Positions 37,164-46,163 of a DNA stretch of 64,000 nt are shown here, piece after piece; the first letter of the stretch is position 1; every line of letters starts with the position of its first letter. Under the pieces are notes generated by a model, which ran no database searches, was not told the origin of the DNA, and saw nothing but the letters and a program-made list of their open reading frames with translations. This DNA is from an uncultured Desulfosarcina sp. (lineage in GTDB: Bacteria; Desulfobacterota; Desulfobacteria; Desulfobacterales; Desulfosarcinaceae), in assembly GCA_963674945.2 (NCBI GenBank), contig CAXXWQ010000003.1, positions 1,056,001 to 1,120,000 of the forward strand. Reading direction: 5' to 3'. A program made the translations under genes and the position numbers.

Positions 37164-38414
37164 ATGACTGCACAAATTACCATTATCGGCATGGGCGTAA
37201 GCCCGGAGGACCTGGCCCCCCGGCAACGGGAAATCATTGAAGCCGCGGACATTCTCGTGGGAAGCCAGCGGCTGCTCGATCTGTTTTCTCACCTTTCCTG
37301 CCAGCGTCGGATCATCGACAATGATCTGGAAGGACTGTACAAATTTATCGAAACACGTATGTCCGAAAACAAAATCGTCGTACTCACCTCAGGCGACCCT
37401 CTGTTTTTCAGCATCGGTGTGCTTCTGGTGCGACGGTTGGGTGCCAGACGGGTTCAGATTTTCCCCAATGTTTCGGCCGTAGCCGCCGCCTTTGCCAAGC
37501 TGGGTGAACCCTGGAGCGAGACACGCGTGGTGAGTCTGCACGGACGGGACCGTACCGGTGAATTGCTTCGCTATCTGTCACTGGGAGAGACGGTTGCCGT
37601 TTACACGGACCCTACCCACACGCCGGCCTGGATCGCAGAAACCCTCTTGTCGAACGCATTGTCGGACATCTCGATGTGGGTTCTGGAAGAACTTGGCGGG
37701 CCGGATGAACGAGTCACACGGATCACCCCGGAACGGGCACGCGCCAAGACCTTTCACGATCTCAACCTGGTGGTGCTGAAACCCGATCCGGCACGGCAAA
37801 CCCGCAGCCTTCTTTTTTCCGGCATGCCAGATGACTGGTTTTCCCATGAGAACGGACTGATCACCAAATCCGAAATCCGGGCCATCAGCCTCTCCCGGCT
37901 GCGCCTTTTCGACCGGGCCGTCTTCTGGGATCTGGGTGCGGGAAGCGGGTCCATATCCATTGAAGCGGGTCAGTTCATCACCCGGGGGGAAATCTTCGCG
38001 GTGGAACAAAGTGCAGAGCGGATACGTCATATCCGCGAAAATCGCGCCCGGTTTTGTATCGGCAATATGAAGGCGATCGAGGCCCGCATCCCCGATGGCC
38101 TGACCGATCTTCCCGATCCGGACCGGATATTTGTCGGCGGCGGTGGAGAGGACCTTGAGCAAATTATACCGATTGTCGTAAAACGGCTGAAACCTGCCGG
38201 CATTATCGTTATCAACACCGTGTTACTCCACAATCTTATGGCGGCCACGGCGTCGCTGGAAAAATTGGGATTGGAAATGGACACGGTGCAGGTTCAGGTA
38301 AACCGGGCAACGGCAATGCCCTTCAGCCACCGACTGGAGGCCCTCAATCCCGTCTGGATCATCTCAGGGCGCAAACCCGGCCCGAATTCCCAGGGGATGT
38401 TATATGGCCAATAA
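37164..38414 (+). CDS. cbiET: Bifunctional cobalt-precorrin-7 C5-methyltransferase / cobalt-precorrin-6B C15-methyltransferase (CbiE-CbiT fusion)
   Basis: SGDPLFFSIG, VSLHGR, LEELGG; ITKSEIR, WDLGAGSGSISIE, PDRIFVGG. Confidence 0.93.
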   Translation: MTAQITIIGMGVSPEDLAPRQREIIEAADILVGSQRLLDLFSHLSCQRRIIDNDLEGLYKFIETRMSENKIVVLTSGDPLFFSIGVLLVRRLGARRVQIFPNVSAVAAAFAKLGEPWSETRVVSLHGRDRTGELLRYLSLGETVAVYTDPTHTPAWIAETLLSNALSDISMWVLEELGGPDERVTRITPERARAKTFHDLNLVVLKPDPARQTRSLLFSGMPDDWFSHENGLITKSEIRAISLSRLRLFDRAVFWDLGAGSGSISIEAGQFITRGEIFAVEQSAERIRHIRENRARFCIGNMKAIEARIPDGLTDLPDPDRIFVGGGGEDLEQIIPIVVKRLKPAGIIVINTVLLHNLMAATASLEKLGLEMDTVQVQVNRATAMPFSHRLEALNPVWIISGRKPGPNSQGMLYGQ

Positions 38415-38685
38415 CGTGACGATCCCAGATACCCCAGCCGATGCTTTGGCAGATGGAGCAAAGAACCCCGTCATCATCTGTGGTGCAGTTCCGGGTGATC
38501 CGGATCTGATCACCGTGAAAGGGAAAAAGGGCCTGTCGTCGGCGCAACTGGCGGTATGTGCCGTGGCTGTCGTCTGCAGGGCCGGTCATCCGGACCAGCA
38601 GGTCCTGTGGACCACCACGGGGAAACTGTCCGACTACGACCGTCATCTTGCCCATGGCTATCGAGAGGCGCAGGAAGGACGGTGA
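38404..38685 (+). pseudogene. cbiF: cbiF/cobM (C11-methyltransferase) remnant with large in-frame internal deletions
   Basis: 93 aa mosaic: N-terminal GAVPGDPDLITVKG + AVAVVCRAGHPDQQV + C-terminal YDRHLAHGYR, at the canonical position between cbiET and cbiG. Confidence 0.8.
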
Positions 38686-39767
38686 GGGAAGCAATTGATG
38701 GTCCGATTGCCGTCTGGGCAATTACCCCCGAAGGAGCCCGGATCGCTCGCACAATCGCCAAAAGCATCGAAGGGTCCTCTCTTTTTCTCTCGGAAAATCT
38801 AGTGGCCCCGAACCGGGGTGAAACCGGTTTTACGCATCTGAAACCGGTGGTGGAAGAACATTTTTTCCGTTTCCCCGGCCACGTCTTCATCATGGCCACG
38901 GGCATCGTTGTCCGCACCATCGCCGGACAACTGGTTCACAAGATATCGGATCCGGCAGTGGTGGTCTGCGACGACGCCGGGCAGTTTGCCATCAGCCTGC
39001 TCTCGGGTCACGTGGGCGGAGCCAATGACCTGTCGCGGCAGGTGGCCCGAATCATCGGCGGAACACCGGTGATCACCACTGCAACGGATGTGAACCGTCT
39101 GCCCGCCATTGATCTCATCGCCAAATCCCAACACCTTGCCATCGAAAACCCCGATGCCATTAAATCGGTAAACATGGCCATTCTCACCGGCCGCCCCATC
39201 ATCGTGCACGATCCATATGGACGGATCCTTCCCCATTTGGCAGAAGCCGATGTATGCGTAGGCGGGGCGGACCGTTTCGAATCCGATCGTGCCGGTGTTT
39301 TCGTGGATCATGTGTGCCTTGACCTCCCCCCCGAAGTACTGGTATTGAGACCCGGATCGTTGGTAGCCGGAATGGGATGCAACCGGGGAACCGAAGCCGA
39401 AGAGATGCGCGAACTGCTGGTCCGGACACTGACCGACAACGGTCTTTCCCGATCCAGCCTGCGCGCATTGGCCACGGTGGATGTAAAGGCCGATGAGCCC
39501 GGCCTTCTGTCCCTGGCCGCGTCCATGAACATTCCGCTACAAATATTCAAGCGCAACAGTCTGGACCAGGTAAAAGACGTACCCAACCCGTCTGCCATGG
39601 TCGAAAAACACATAGGAGTAAAAAGCGTATGCGAAGCGGCGGCCTTGCTGGCGACCCACCGGGGACATCTGGTCGTTCCCAAACGAAAAACGGCCAACGC
39701 AACGGTGGCGATCGCCGCGGACGGCTATACATCGTCGGTATCGGACCGGGTGGACCGGACCACCTGA
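38682..39767 (+). CDS. cbiG: Cobalt-precorrin-5A hydrolase
   Basis: IMATGIVVRTIA, DPAVVV, SLLSGHVGGAN, PVITTATD, GMGCNRG, SVCEAAA; GTGA overlap with the cbiF remnant. Confidence 0.93.
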   Translation: MREAIDGPIAVWAITPEGARIARTIAKSIEGSSLFLSENLVAPNRGETGFTHLKPVVEEHFFRFPGHVFIMATGIVVRTIAGQLVHKISDPAVVVCDDAGQFAISLLSGHVGGANDLSRQVARIIGGTPVITTATDVNRLPAIDLIAKSQHLAIENPDAIKSVNMAILTGRPIIVHDPYGRILPHLAEADVCVGGADRFESDRAGVFVDHVCLDLPPEVLVLRPGSLVAGMGCNRGTEAEEMRELLVRTLTDNGLSRSSLRALATVDVKADEPGLLSLAASMNIPLQIFKRNSLDQVKDVPNPSAMVEKHIGVKSVCEAAALLATHRGHLVVPKRKTANATVAIAADGYTSSVSDRVDRTT

Positions 39768-40501
39768 GCAACCGTGCGGCCCAGGTATTGGAGACCGTCG
39801 ACGCCGTGGCCGGGTACACCACCTATATCGAACTGATCCGTCCCCTGATCGAAGGCAAGCGGATCATCAGCACGGCCATGAAAAAGGAAGTGGACCGTGT
39901 GGCCGCGGCCATGGACCTGGCCCTTTCGGGCACCGCTTGCGCCATCGTTTCCAGTGGTGACCCGGGTGTCTACGCCATGGCCGGGCTGGTGTTGGAAATG
40001 TGCCGGGAACGGGACATTCCCATCGGCCGCAGAAAAGAAGTGCCGGGCACCGAACAGGGGCTGGCCATCGAAGTGGTTCCCGGCATCCCGGCCCTGTGTT
40101 CGGGAGCTTCTCTTCTGGGAGCGCCATTGACTCACGATTTTGCCGCCATCTCCCTTTCCGATCTGCTTACACCCTGGGAAACCATCGAAAAACGTCTCGC
40201 AGCCGCAGCCGTGGCCGATTTCGTCATCGTCATTTACAATCCCAAAAGCCGACGCCGGGCCGACCACCTGACCCGCGCCCAGCAGATCGTTCTGGCCCAT
40301 CGGCCGCCTGGCACACCCGTAGGCATCGTCACCGGCGCCATGCGGGAAAATCAGCGGGTCGCACTGACCACCCTCGGCGAACTGGATCGGGCCGAGGTGG
40401 ACATGCAGACCACCGTCTTCATCGGAAACGGTTCTACCTTCAATTACGACGGATTCATGATCACGCCACGGGGATATGCAAAAAAATATGACATTCGATA
40501 A
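39629..40501 (+). CDS. cbiH: Cobalt-precorrin-3B C17-methyltransferase (start uncertain)
   Basis: LYIVGIGPG, SSGDPGVYAMAG, GAPLTHDF, SLSDLLTPW, YNPKSRRR, ITPRGY. Confidence 0.92.
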   Translation: MRSGGLAGDPPGTSGRSQTKNGQRNGGDRRGRLYIVGIGPGGPDHLSNRAAQVLETVDAVAGYTTYIELIRPLIEGKRIISTAMKKEVDRVAAAMDLALSGTACAIVSSGDPGVYAMAGLVLEMCRERDIPIGRRKEVPGTEQGLAIEVVPGIPALCSGASLLGAPLTHDFAAISLSDLLTPWETIEKRLAAAAVADFVIVIYNPKSRRRADHLTRAQQIVLAHRPPGTPVGIVTGAMRENQRVALTTLGELDRAEVDMQTTVFIGNGSTFNYDGFMITPRGYAKKYDIR

Positions 40502-41012
40502 GGGATACATCCAAGTCTATACCGGCGACGGGAAAGGCAAAACCACGGCCGCTCTGGGCCTGGCCATCCGGGCCGCCGGGGCAGGTCTTCGGGTATTCAT
40601 CGCCCAGTTCATCAAATCCGGCGACTACAGCGAGATCAAGGCCCTGTCACGCTTTTCCGACCGGATCACCATCCGTCAATTCGGTCGGGGCCGATTCATC
40701 AAGAATCGGCCTTCGCCGGAGGACAGCAAAGCGGCCCAAGAGGGAGTAAAAGCCGTGATCGAGGCCATGCATTCGGGCCAATATCAGGTGGTGATCATGG
40801 AAGAGGGAAATGTGGCGGCCAGGTTGGGACTGTTCACGACGCAGGAACTGCTTGCCATCATGGAACAAAAACCCGGTGGTGTGGAACTGGTGATAACAGG
40901 ACGCGGCGCCGATCCAAGGGTCATCGAACGTGCCGATCTGGTGACGGAGATGAAAGCGGTGAAACATTACTACGAAGAGGGTGTGCCAGCGAGGGTCGGA
41001 ATCGAAAAGTAA
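40488..41012 (+). CDS. btuR: Cob(I)yrinic acid a,c-diamide adenosyltransferase (BtuR/CobO/CobA)
   Basis: VYTGDGKGKTTAALG, QFIK, ELVITGR, ADLVTEM, KHYY. Confidence 0.94.
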   Translation: MTFDKGYIQVYTGDGKGKTTAALGLAIRAAGAGLRVFIAQFIKSGDYSEIKALSRFSDRITIRQFGRGRFIKNRPSPEDSKAAQEGVKAVIEAMHSGQYQVVIMEEGNVAARLGLFTTQELLAIMEQKPGGVELVITGRGADPRVIERADLVTEMKAVKHYYEEGVPARVGIEK

Positions 41013-41016
41013 GGTT

Positions 41017-41141
41017 GACGGCGTCGTAAAAAGTCCGATATCGGCGTTACGCTTCGCCCCTCGTCGCTGCGACATATTTCTGTACACGCCTCACTCCTCG
41101 GGACTCGCAGGCCTTGATCTCTGACTTTTTGCGACGCCGTC
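41017..41141. repeat. 125-bp intergenic palindromic repeat (REP/MITE-like), copy 2
   Basis: Terminal stem GACGGCGTCGTAAAAAG...CTTTTTGCGACGCCGTC. Confidence 0.85.
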
Positions 41142-41319
41142 CGAAACATGGCTTTTTTCAAGTTCATCAAGATTCGGTGGAGAGTTCAAGGATTCGAGTG
41201 AATGATATCATCATTTACGAATAACCAGATAGAAATCGCGACAAAAAAGATCCTTCGGCCGTTGTCACTTGGCCCCTTGAACCCTCGGCTCCTCGAACCC
41301 TATTTTAGCGAATGATACA

Positions 41320-42828
41320 ATGACAAGGAATTCTACTCTGGACAACGAATCAAAAGCCCCCTGCATCGCCGTTTTCGGCACCGGTTCCGATGTGGGCAAA
41401 AGCGTCATCGCAGCGGCCTTTTGCCGTATCTTTGCCGACCGTGGCCTGCGGGTCGCCCCCTACAAGGCGCAGAACATGTCCAACAACTCCGGCGTCACGC
41501 CGGAGGGTCTGGAAATGGGCCGGGCCCAGATCGTCCAGGCCGAGGCGGCCGGCATCCCCCCCCATGTGGACATGAATCCAATCCTGCTCAAGCCCACCAG
41601 CGACGTGGGATCCCAGGTAGTACTCCTCGGCGAGGCCATCGGCAACCAGACGGCCATGGACTATCACCAGAAAAAAGCCCGTCTGGTGCAAACGGCCAAC
41701 GGTGCATTGGATCGCCTGCGGGTTGCCCATGATCTGATCGTCATGGAAGGAGCCGGGTCCTGCGCGGAAGTGAACCTCATGGACCATGACATCGTCAACT
41801 TTTCCATGGCCCAATACGCCGGCGCACCGGTGATCATCGTGGGCGACATTCACCGCGGCGGCATTTTCGCCCAGCTGGTGGGAACCATTGAATGTCTTCC
41901 CCCAAAATACAAAGAGCTGGTGGCCGGGTTCATCATCAATCGCTTCCGGGGTGATTTGCGCCTCTTCTCCGACGGCGTGTCGTGGATCGAAAAAAAAACG
42001 AAACTTCCCGTATTCGGTGTGGTCCCCTGGTACGATCACATCCGCATCAACCCCGAAGATTCGGTGGTCATCGAAAGGCCCAAAACGGCAAATCCCACAC
42101 TGTCTGGAAAACCGGCGGTTGCGGTGATTCGCATTCCCCACATCAGCAATTTCACCGATTTCGATCCACTCCGCCAGGTACCGGGAATCAGCATCCACTT
42201 CATCGAAACTCCCCAGTCACTGGATGGATTTTCCGCCGTGCTCATTCCCGGGTCAAAAAACACCCGCTTTGATCTTGCATGGCTCGTATCAACCGGCTGG
42301 CGGGATCGGCTCCGCGACTTCCATGGCAAGGGGGGGCACATTACCGGTATCTGCGGCGGGTATCAGATGATGGGAAAAAAGGTTTTTGACCCCGATGGCC
42401 TCGAGGGAGAACCGGGAACGACCGATGGGCTGGGTCTTCTGCCGGTGGAGACGGTCCTCAAGGCGCCCAAGACCACCACCTGCAGTCGATTCTCCTGGGA
42501 CGGCATTTCCGGTGCCGGCTATGAGATCCACATGGGACAGACCCGCCTTCTGGGCGGCGAACCACTGCTTGCGGTAAACGACAGAAACGGTTTGGCCGTC
42601 CATGACACGGACGGATGCGCGGAAAAAGACGGAAACGCATTGGGAACCTACATGCACGGTATCTTCGACACGCCTGATTTGATCACAAAGTGGCTTGCAG
42701 TCGTTGGAATTCGTGATGTTGCCGTGCCTGCCATCGGGGGTCTGGCAGCCAAGCAAAAGCAGTATGCCCTGCTGGCCGATCATGTTTGCGGCCATTTGGA
42801 CATCCAAAGAATCGAAGCGCTTATGTAA
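41320..42828 (+). CDS. cbiP: Cobyric acid synthase (CbiP/CobQ)
   Basis: GTGSDVGKS, PYKAQNMSNN, MNPILLKP, EGAGS, ISNFTDFDPL, GICGGYQMMG, GTYMHG. Confidence 0.95.
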   Translation: MTRNSTLDNESKAPCIAVFGTGSDVGKSVIAAAFCRIFADRGLRVAPYKAQNMSNNSGVTPEGLEMGRAQIVQAEAAGIPPHVDMNPILLKPTSDVGSQVVLLGEAIGNQTAMDYHQKKARLVQTANGALDRLRVAHDLIVMEGAGSCAEVNLMDHDIVNFSMAQYAGAPVIIVGDIHRGGIFAQLVGTIECLPPKYKELVAGFIINRFRGDLRLFSDGVSWIEKKTKLPVFGVVPWYDHIRINPEDSVVIERPKTANPTLSGKPAVAVIRIPHISNFTDFDPLRQVPGISIHFIETPQSLDGFSAVLIPGSKNTRFDLAWLVSTGWRDRLRDFHGKGGHITGICGGYQMMGKKVFDPDGLEGEPGTTDGLGLLPVETVLKAPKTTTCSRFSWDGISGAGYEIHMGQTRLLGGEPLLAVNDRNGLAVHDTDGCAEKDGNALGTYMHGIFDTPDLITKWLAVVGIRDVAVPAIGGLAAKQKQYALLADHVCGHLDIQRIEALM

Positions 42829-42850
42829 AACCCGGAAAGAGAGAGATCCA

Positions 42851-44854
42851 ATGGAAAAAAGCAACCTTCTATGGAGTGCGCTGGCATTTTCGTTATTGTT
42901 TATTCTTTCGCAAAACGCACTGGCAGACCAGGTTCACGCCCTGAAGGTGTCTCAGTATGAAATGGAGACCGGCAATGACGGGTACAGCCGGATTCTTATG
43001 GATGGCTATCACGCCTACGGCGTTCCCGGTTATCCTGATTTGCCGTCAAAAATATTTCGTTTCGTGGTGCCACCCGATGTCGTCGAGAAGACCATCGGGG
43101 TCGAATACACGGTCACATCATCCAGCTTTCTCGGACAATTCAAATTTCGCGAACTGCCGCCCATGGCCACCTGGGATGATGAGAAAAAAATCGAATCGGG
43201 AAAAACCGGCGTGTATGCTAAAAATACGGCCCTTCCCGAACGGTCGGTGGAATTCATCGGCTCTTCAAAGATGCGAAAATGGCGGTTCATCACGATTCGA
43301 TATACGCCGTTTCAATACAACCCCATCACCCAGGGCCTTATCTATAACAGCGAAGTGAAGGTAAACATAACCTATACCAGAAAAGGAATGAATTCCCTTC
43401 CAAAAGATGAGCTCACAGATACGGTAATGGACAAAAGGGCGAAAAAGGCCTTTGCCAATTACGATGAGGGAAAATCCTGGTATGAATCGAGCCGGCCTTC
43501 ACCGGGCGCCGGTGCGACCTATGACTATGTGATCATTACGACGAACGCCATCGAAAGTGCCAGCACGAAACTGGCCGAATTTTTATCCCACCTCCAGGGC
43601 AAGGGATTCTCCCCCCTGGTCATCACCGAAGACGAGTACGGCGGCCTCACGGGACAGTCGCCCGACGGAACCGCGGAAAAGATCCGACAATGGCTGATAG
43701 GCAACTATCTTGGCTATGGCATCACCTACGTCTTGCTGATTGGAAATCCCGATCCGGACGACCCAGGCAGCGCCACCGATGCCGTCGGGGACGTGCCCAT
43801 GAAGATGTGCTGGCCCAAGCGCTACGACGGCTCATACCAGGAGTCCCCCACTGACTATTTTTATGCGGATCTGACGGGAAACTGGGATCTGGATGGCGAT
43901 GGCTATTTCGGCGAATATTGCGATGTGGGACTGAGTTGCGGTACCGGGCATGGAGACGTGAATGGTGTCGATTTTGCCAACGAGGTCTATGTGGGACGGA
44001 TTCCAGTGTATACTGGCGGGACCGCCAACCTTGACGCCGTATTGGAAAAGACCATCGCCTACCACGGCGAATCGGACATTTCCTGGAGGAAGACGGCCCT
44101 TTTGCCCATGAGCTTTTCGGACGCATCCACGGACGGCGCCTACCTGTCCGAAGCCATGATGAACAACTACCTTACCGGTGCAGGCATGTTTGACTGGACC
44201 CTTTATATGCAGGGAAGTGTCTGTGCCGCCGCAAATTCCGCCTTTGCCAGTGACCAGGAACTGATCGACGACGCATCCTGGCAAAATTGGCGTGACAACG
44301 ACTACGGCATGGTGTGGTGGTGGGGGCACGGCAGCCAATCCGGCGCCTCCCTTGGATACACCGGATGCGGCTGGGGTGGAATTATCGATAGCGCTGACAC
44401 GCAGTATCTGGACAACACCCACCCCGCCCATGTGTACCAGAATTCTTGTCTCAACGGTTATCCGGAAACCGGGAGTGCGACACCGGCCTTTTGCAATCTG
44501 GGAACGGCACTTTTGTACAACGGGGCGATCACCACGACCAGTGCCAGTCGTGTGAGCTGGTATGCAATAACGTCCTGGTTTACCGGCTTGAAATACTATT
44601 GCGACAATGCCAGTATCGGCTACTATTACGGCCAGGAACTGGTGGTCAACCGAAAAACGGCGGCCATGGCGCTCTACGACGTGAAAGCCGATATGGGGGC
44701 GAATCTTTATGGCTACTGGGACGGCTCTCACTGGATGAACCTCATGGATTTCAATTTGTACGGGGATCCGTCGGTCTCCCTCTACGAAAAATTCACCGAG
44801 ACATCTGAAAAAAGTGTGTCACCGGCCGTTTATATGCTACTTACGGCTGATTGA
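42851..44854 (+). CDS. Secreted C25 (gingipain-like) cysteine peptidase with propeptide
   Basis: Sec signal (ALA); propeptide GYPDLP...FQYNP; YDYVIIT, YVLLIG, TDYFYADL, YVGRIP, GHG (His), SCLNG (Cys), NLYGDP. Confidence 0.85.
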   Translation: MEKSNLLWSALAFSLLFILSQNALADQVHALKVSQYEMETGNDGYSRILMDGYHAYGVPGYPDLPSKIFRFVVPPDVVEKTIGVEYTVTSSSFLGQFKFRELPPMATWDDEKKIESGKTGVYAKNTALPERSVEFIGSSKMRKWRFITIRYTPFQYNPITQGLIYNSEVKVNITYTRKGMNSLPKDELTDTVMDKRAKKAFANYDEGKSWYESSRPSPGAGATYDYVIITTNAIESASTKLAEFLSHLQGKGFSPLVITEDEYGGLTGQSPDGTAEKIRQWLIGNYLGYGITYVLLIGNPDPDDPGSATDAVGDVPMKMCWPKRYDGSYQESPTDYFYADLTGNWDLDGDGYFGEYCDVGLSCGTGHGDVNGVDFANEVYVGRIPVYTGGTANLDAVLEKTIAYHGESDISWRKTALLPMSFSDASTDGAYLSEAMMNNYLTGAGMFDWTLYMQGSVCAAANSAFASDQELIDDASWQNWRDNDYGMVWWWGHGSQSGASLGYTGCGWGGIIDSADTQYLDNTHPAHVYQNSCLNGYPETGSATPAFCNLGTALLYNGAITTTSASRVSWYAITSWFTGLKYYCDNASIGYYYGQELVVNRKTAAMALYDVKADMGANLYGYWDGSHWMNLMDFNLYGDPSVSLYEKFTETSEKSVSPAVYMLLTAD

Positions 44855-44889
44855 AGGTGGATCGAATCATGACGGAGACGGCAGAATAG

Positions 44890-45438
44890 ATGAATAGGAA
44901 AGAAAAAATTCTGGTCCTGGGCGGCTGTCGTAGCGGTAAAAGCAGCCACGCGCAGGTGTTGGCCGAATCCATGGGGGAGAGGCGTCTCTTCGTGGCCACC
45001 TGCGTGCCCCAGGACGCCGAAATGCATGCACGGGTGGATCGCCACCGTCGCGATCGCGATGAAAGCTGGGACACCCTCGAAATCCCCGTGGAGCTGGCCG
45101 GCGCCATCGCGGAGCATCGTTCCCCGGTGGACGTAATGCTGGTGGATTGCCTGACCCTCTGGCTAAACAACCTGCTCATGGAGACCCGGGACGAAGAGCG
45201 GATCCGCAAGCGCATCAAAGACCTGGCCCAAGCCGTGGAGGCAGCCCCTTGTGCCGTCGTGATCGTCTCCAACGAAGTGGGCGCCGGTATCGTCCCCGAC
45301 AATCCCCTGGCCCGTCTCTACCGGGACCTGGTCGGCTGGACCAATCAGGCCATGGCCGCTTCCTGTGACAGGGTGGTCTGGACCGTGGCCGGTATCCCCG
45401 TTACGATCAAATCCCCTTCCGGAACCCTCGAACCATGA
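44890..45438 (+). CDS. cobU: Adenosylcobinamide kinase / adenosylcobinamide-phosphate guanylyltransferase
   Basis: GGCRSGKSS, RHRRDR, VDCLTLWLNN, VSNEVGAGIVP. Confidence 0.95.
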   Translation: MNRKEKILVLGGCRSGKSSHAQVLAESMGERRLFVATCVPQDAEMHARVDRHRRDRDESWDTLEIPVELAGAIAEHRSPVDVMLVDCLTLWLNNLLMETRDEERIRKRIKDLAQAVEAAPCAVVIVSNEVGAGIVPDNPLARLYRDLVGWTNQAMAASCDRVVWTVAGIPVTIKSPSGTLEP

Positions 45439-46163
45439 ATGGATTTTTCGCCTCACTTCAGTTCATTACGGCAATTCCCCTGGGAAAACCGCAGCCCTTT
45501 GATCCCAAAGCAATCATCGCCCATTTTCCCCTCGTCGGCCTGTCCATCGGTATTCTCCTGGCACTGTTCGACCTGGCCGCCGCAACCCTCTGGCCGCCGT
45601 TGGTGGCGTCGGCATTGGATGTGCTCCTGCTGACAATTGTCACCGGCGCCTTTCACCTGGACGGTCTTGCCGATATGACAGACGGTCTTTACGGTCATCG
45701 AGATCGGGAAACAAGGCTGGCCATCATGAAGGACAGCCGGGTGGGGGCCATGGGCCTGGTTGCCGTGAGCTGCCTGCTGCTCACCAAGACCTTGGCCCTG
45801 GGCGCCGTGGAACAACTGCGCTTTCTATCCCTCTTGGTGGTGCCGGCATACGCCCGTTCAGCCATGATGTTCGGCATGCGATTTCTTCCCTATGCCCGTG
45901 GGGAATCGGGTACGGGAAGCGCCTTTTTCGAAACGCCGTTGAGTCTGGCCGACTTTCGTTTCGTGGTGCTGCCGCTGTTCTTCTCCCTTTTCCTGGGCTG
46001 GCGGGGAATCATTCTGAATCTGACCTTCGCCCTCACCCTCACAGTACTCCTGTACGTCTATCGAAAAAAGATGGAAGGCATTACGGGAGACATGCTCGGC
46101 GCCATGGTGGAGATCGTGGAGGCAGCATTGTTTCTGGCATTATGCGCAGGAGGCGGCCGATGA
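45435..46163 (+). CDS. cobS: Adenosylcobinamide-GDP ribazoletransferase (cobalamin synthase)
   Basis: TGAFHLDGLAD, IMKDSRVGAMG, GITGDMLGA; polytopic membrane protein. Confidence 0.95.
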   Translation: MNGFFASLQFITAIPLGKPQPFDPKAIIAHFPLVGLSIGILLALFDLAAATLWPPLVASALDVLLLTIVTGAFHLDGLADMTDGLYGHRDRETRLAIMKDSRVGAMGLVAVSCLLLTKTLALGAVEQLRFLSLLVVPAYARSAMMFGMRFLPYARGESGTGSAFFETPLSLADFRFVVLPLFFSLFLGWRGIILNLTFALTLTVLLYVYRKKMEGITGDMLGAMVEIVEAALFLALCAGGGR

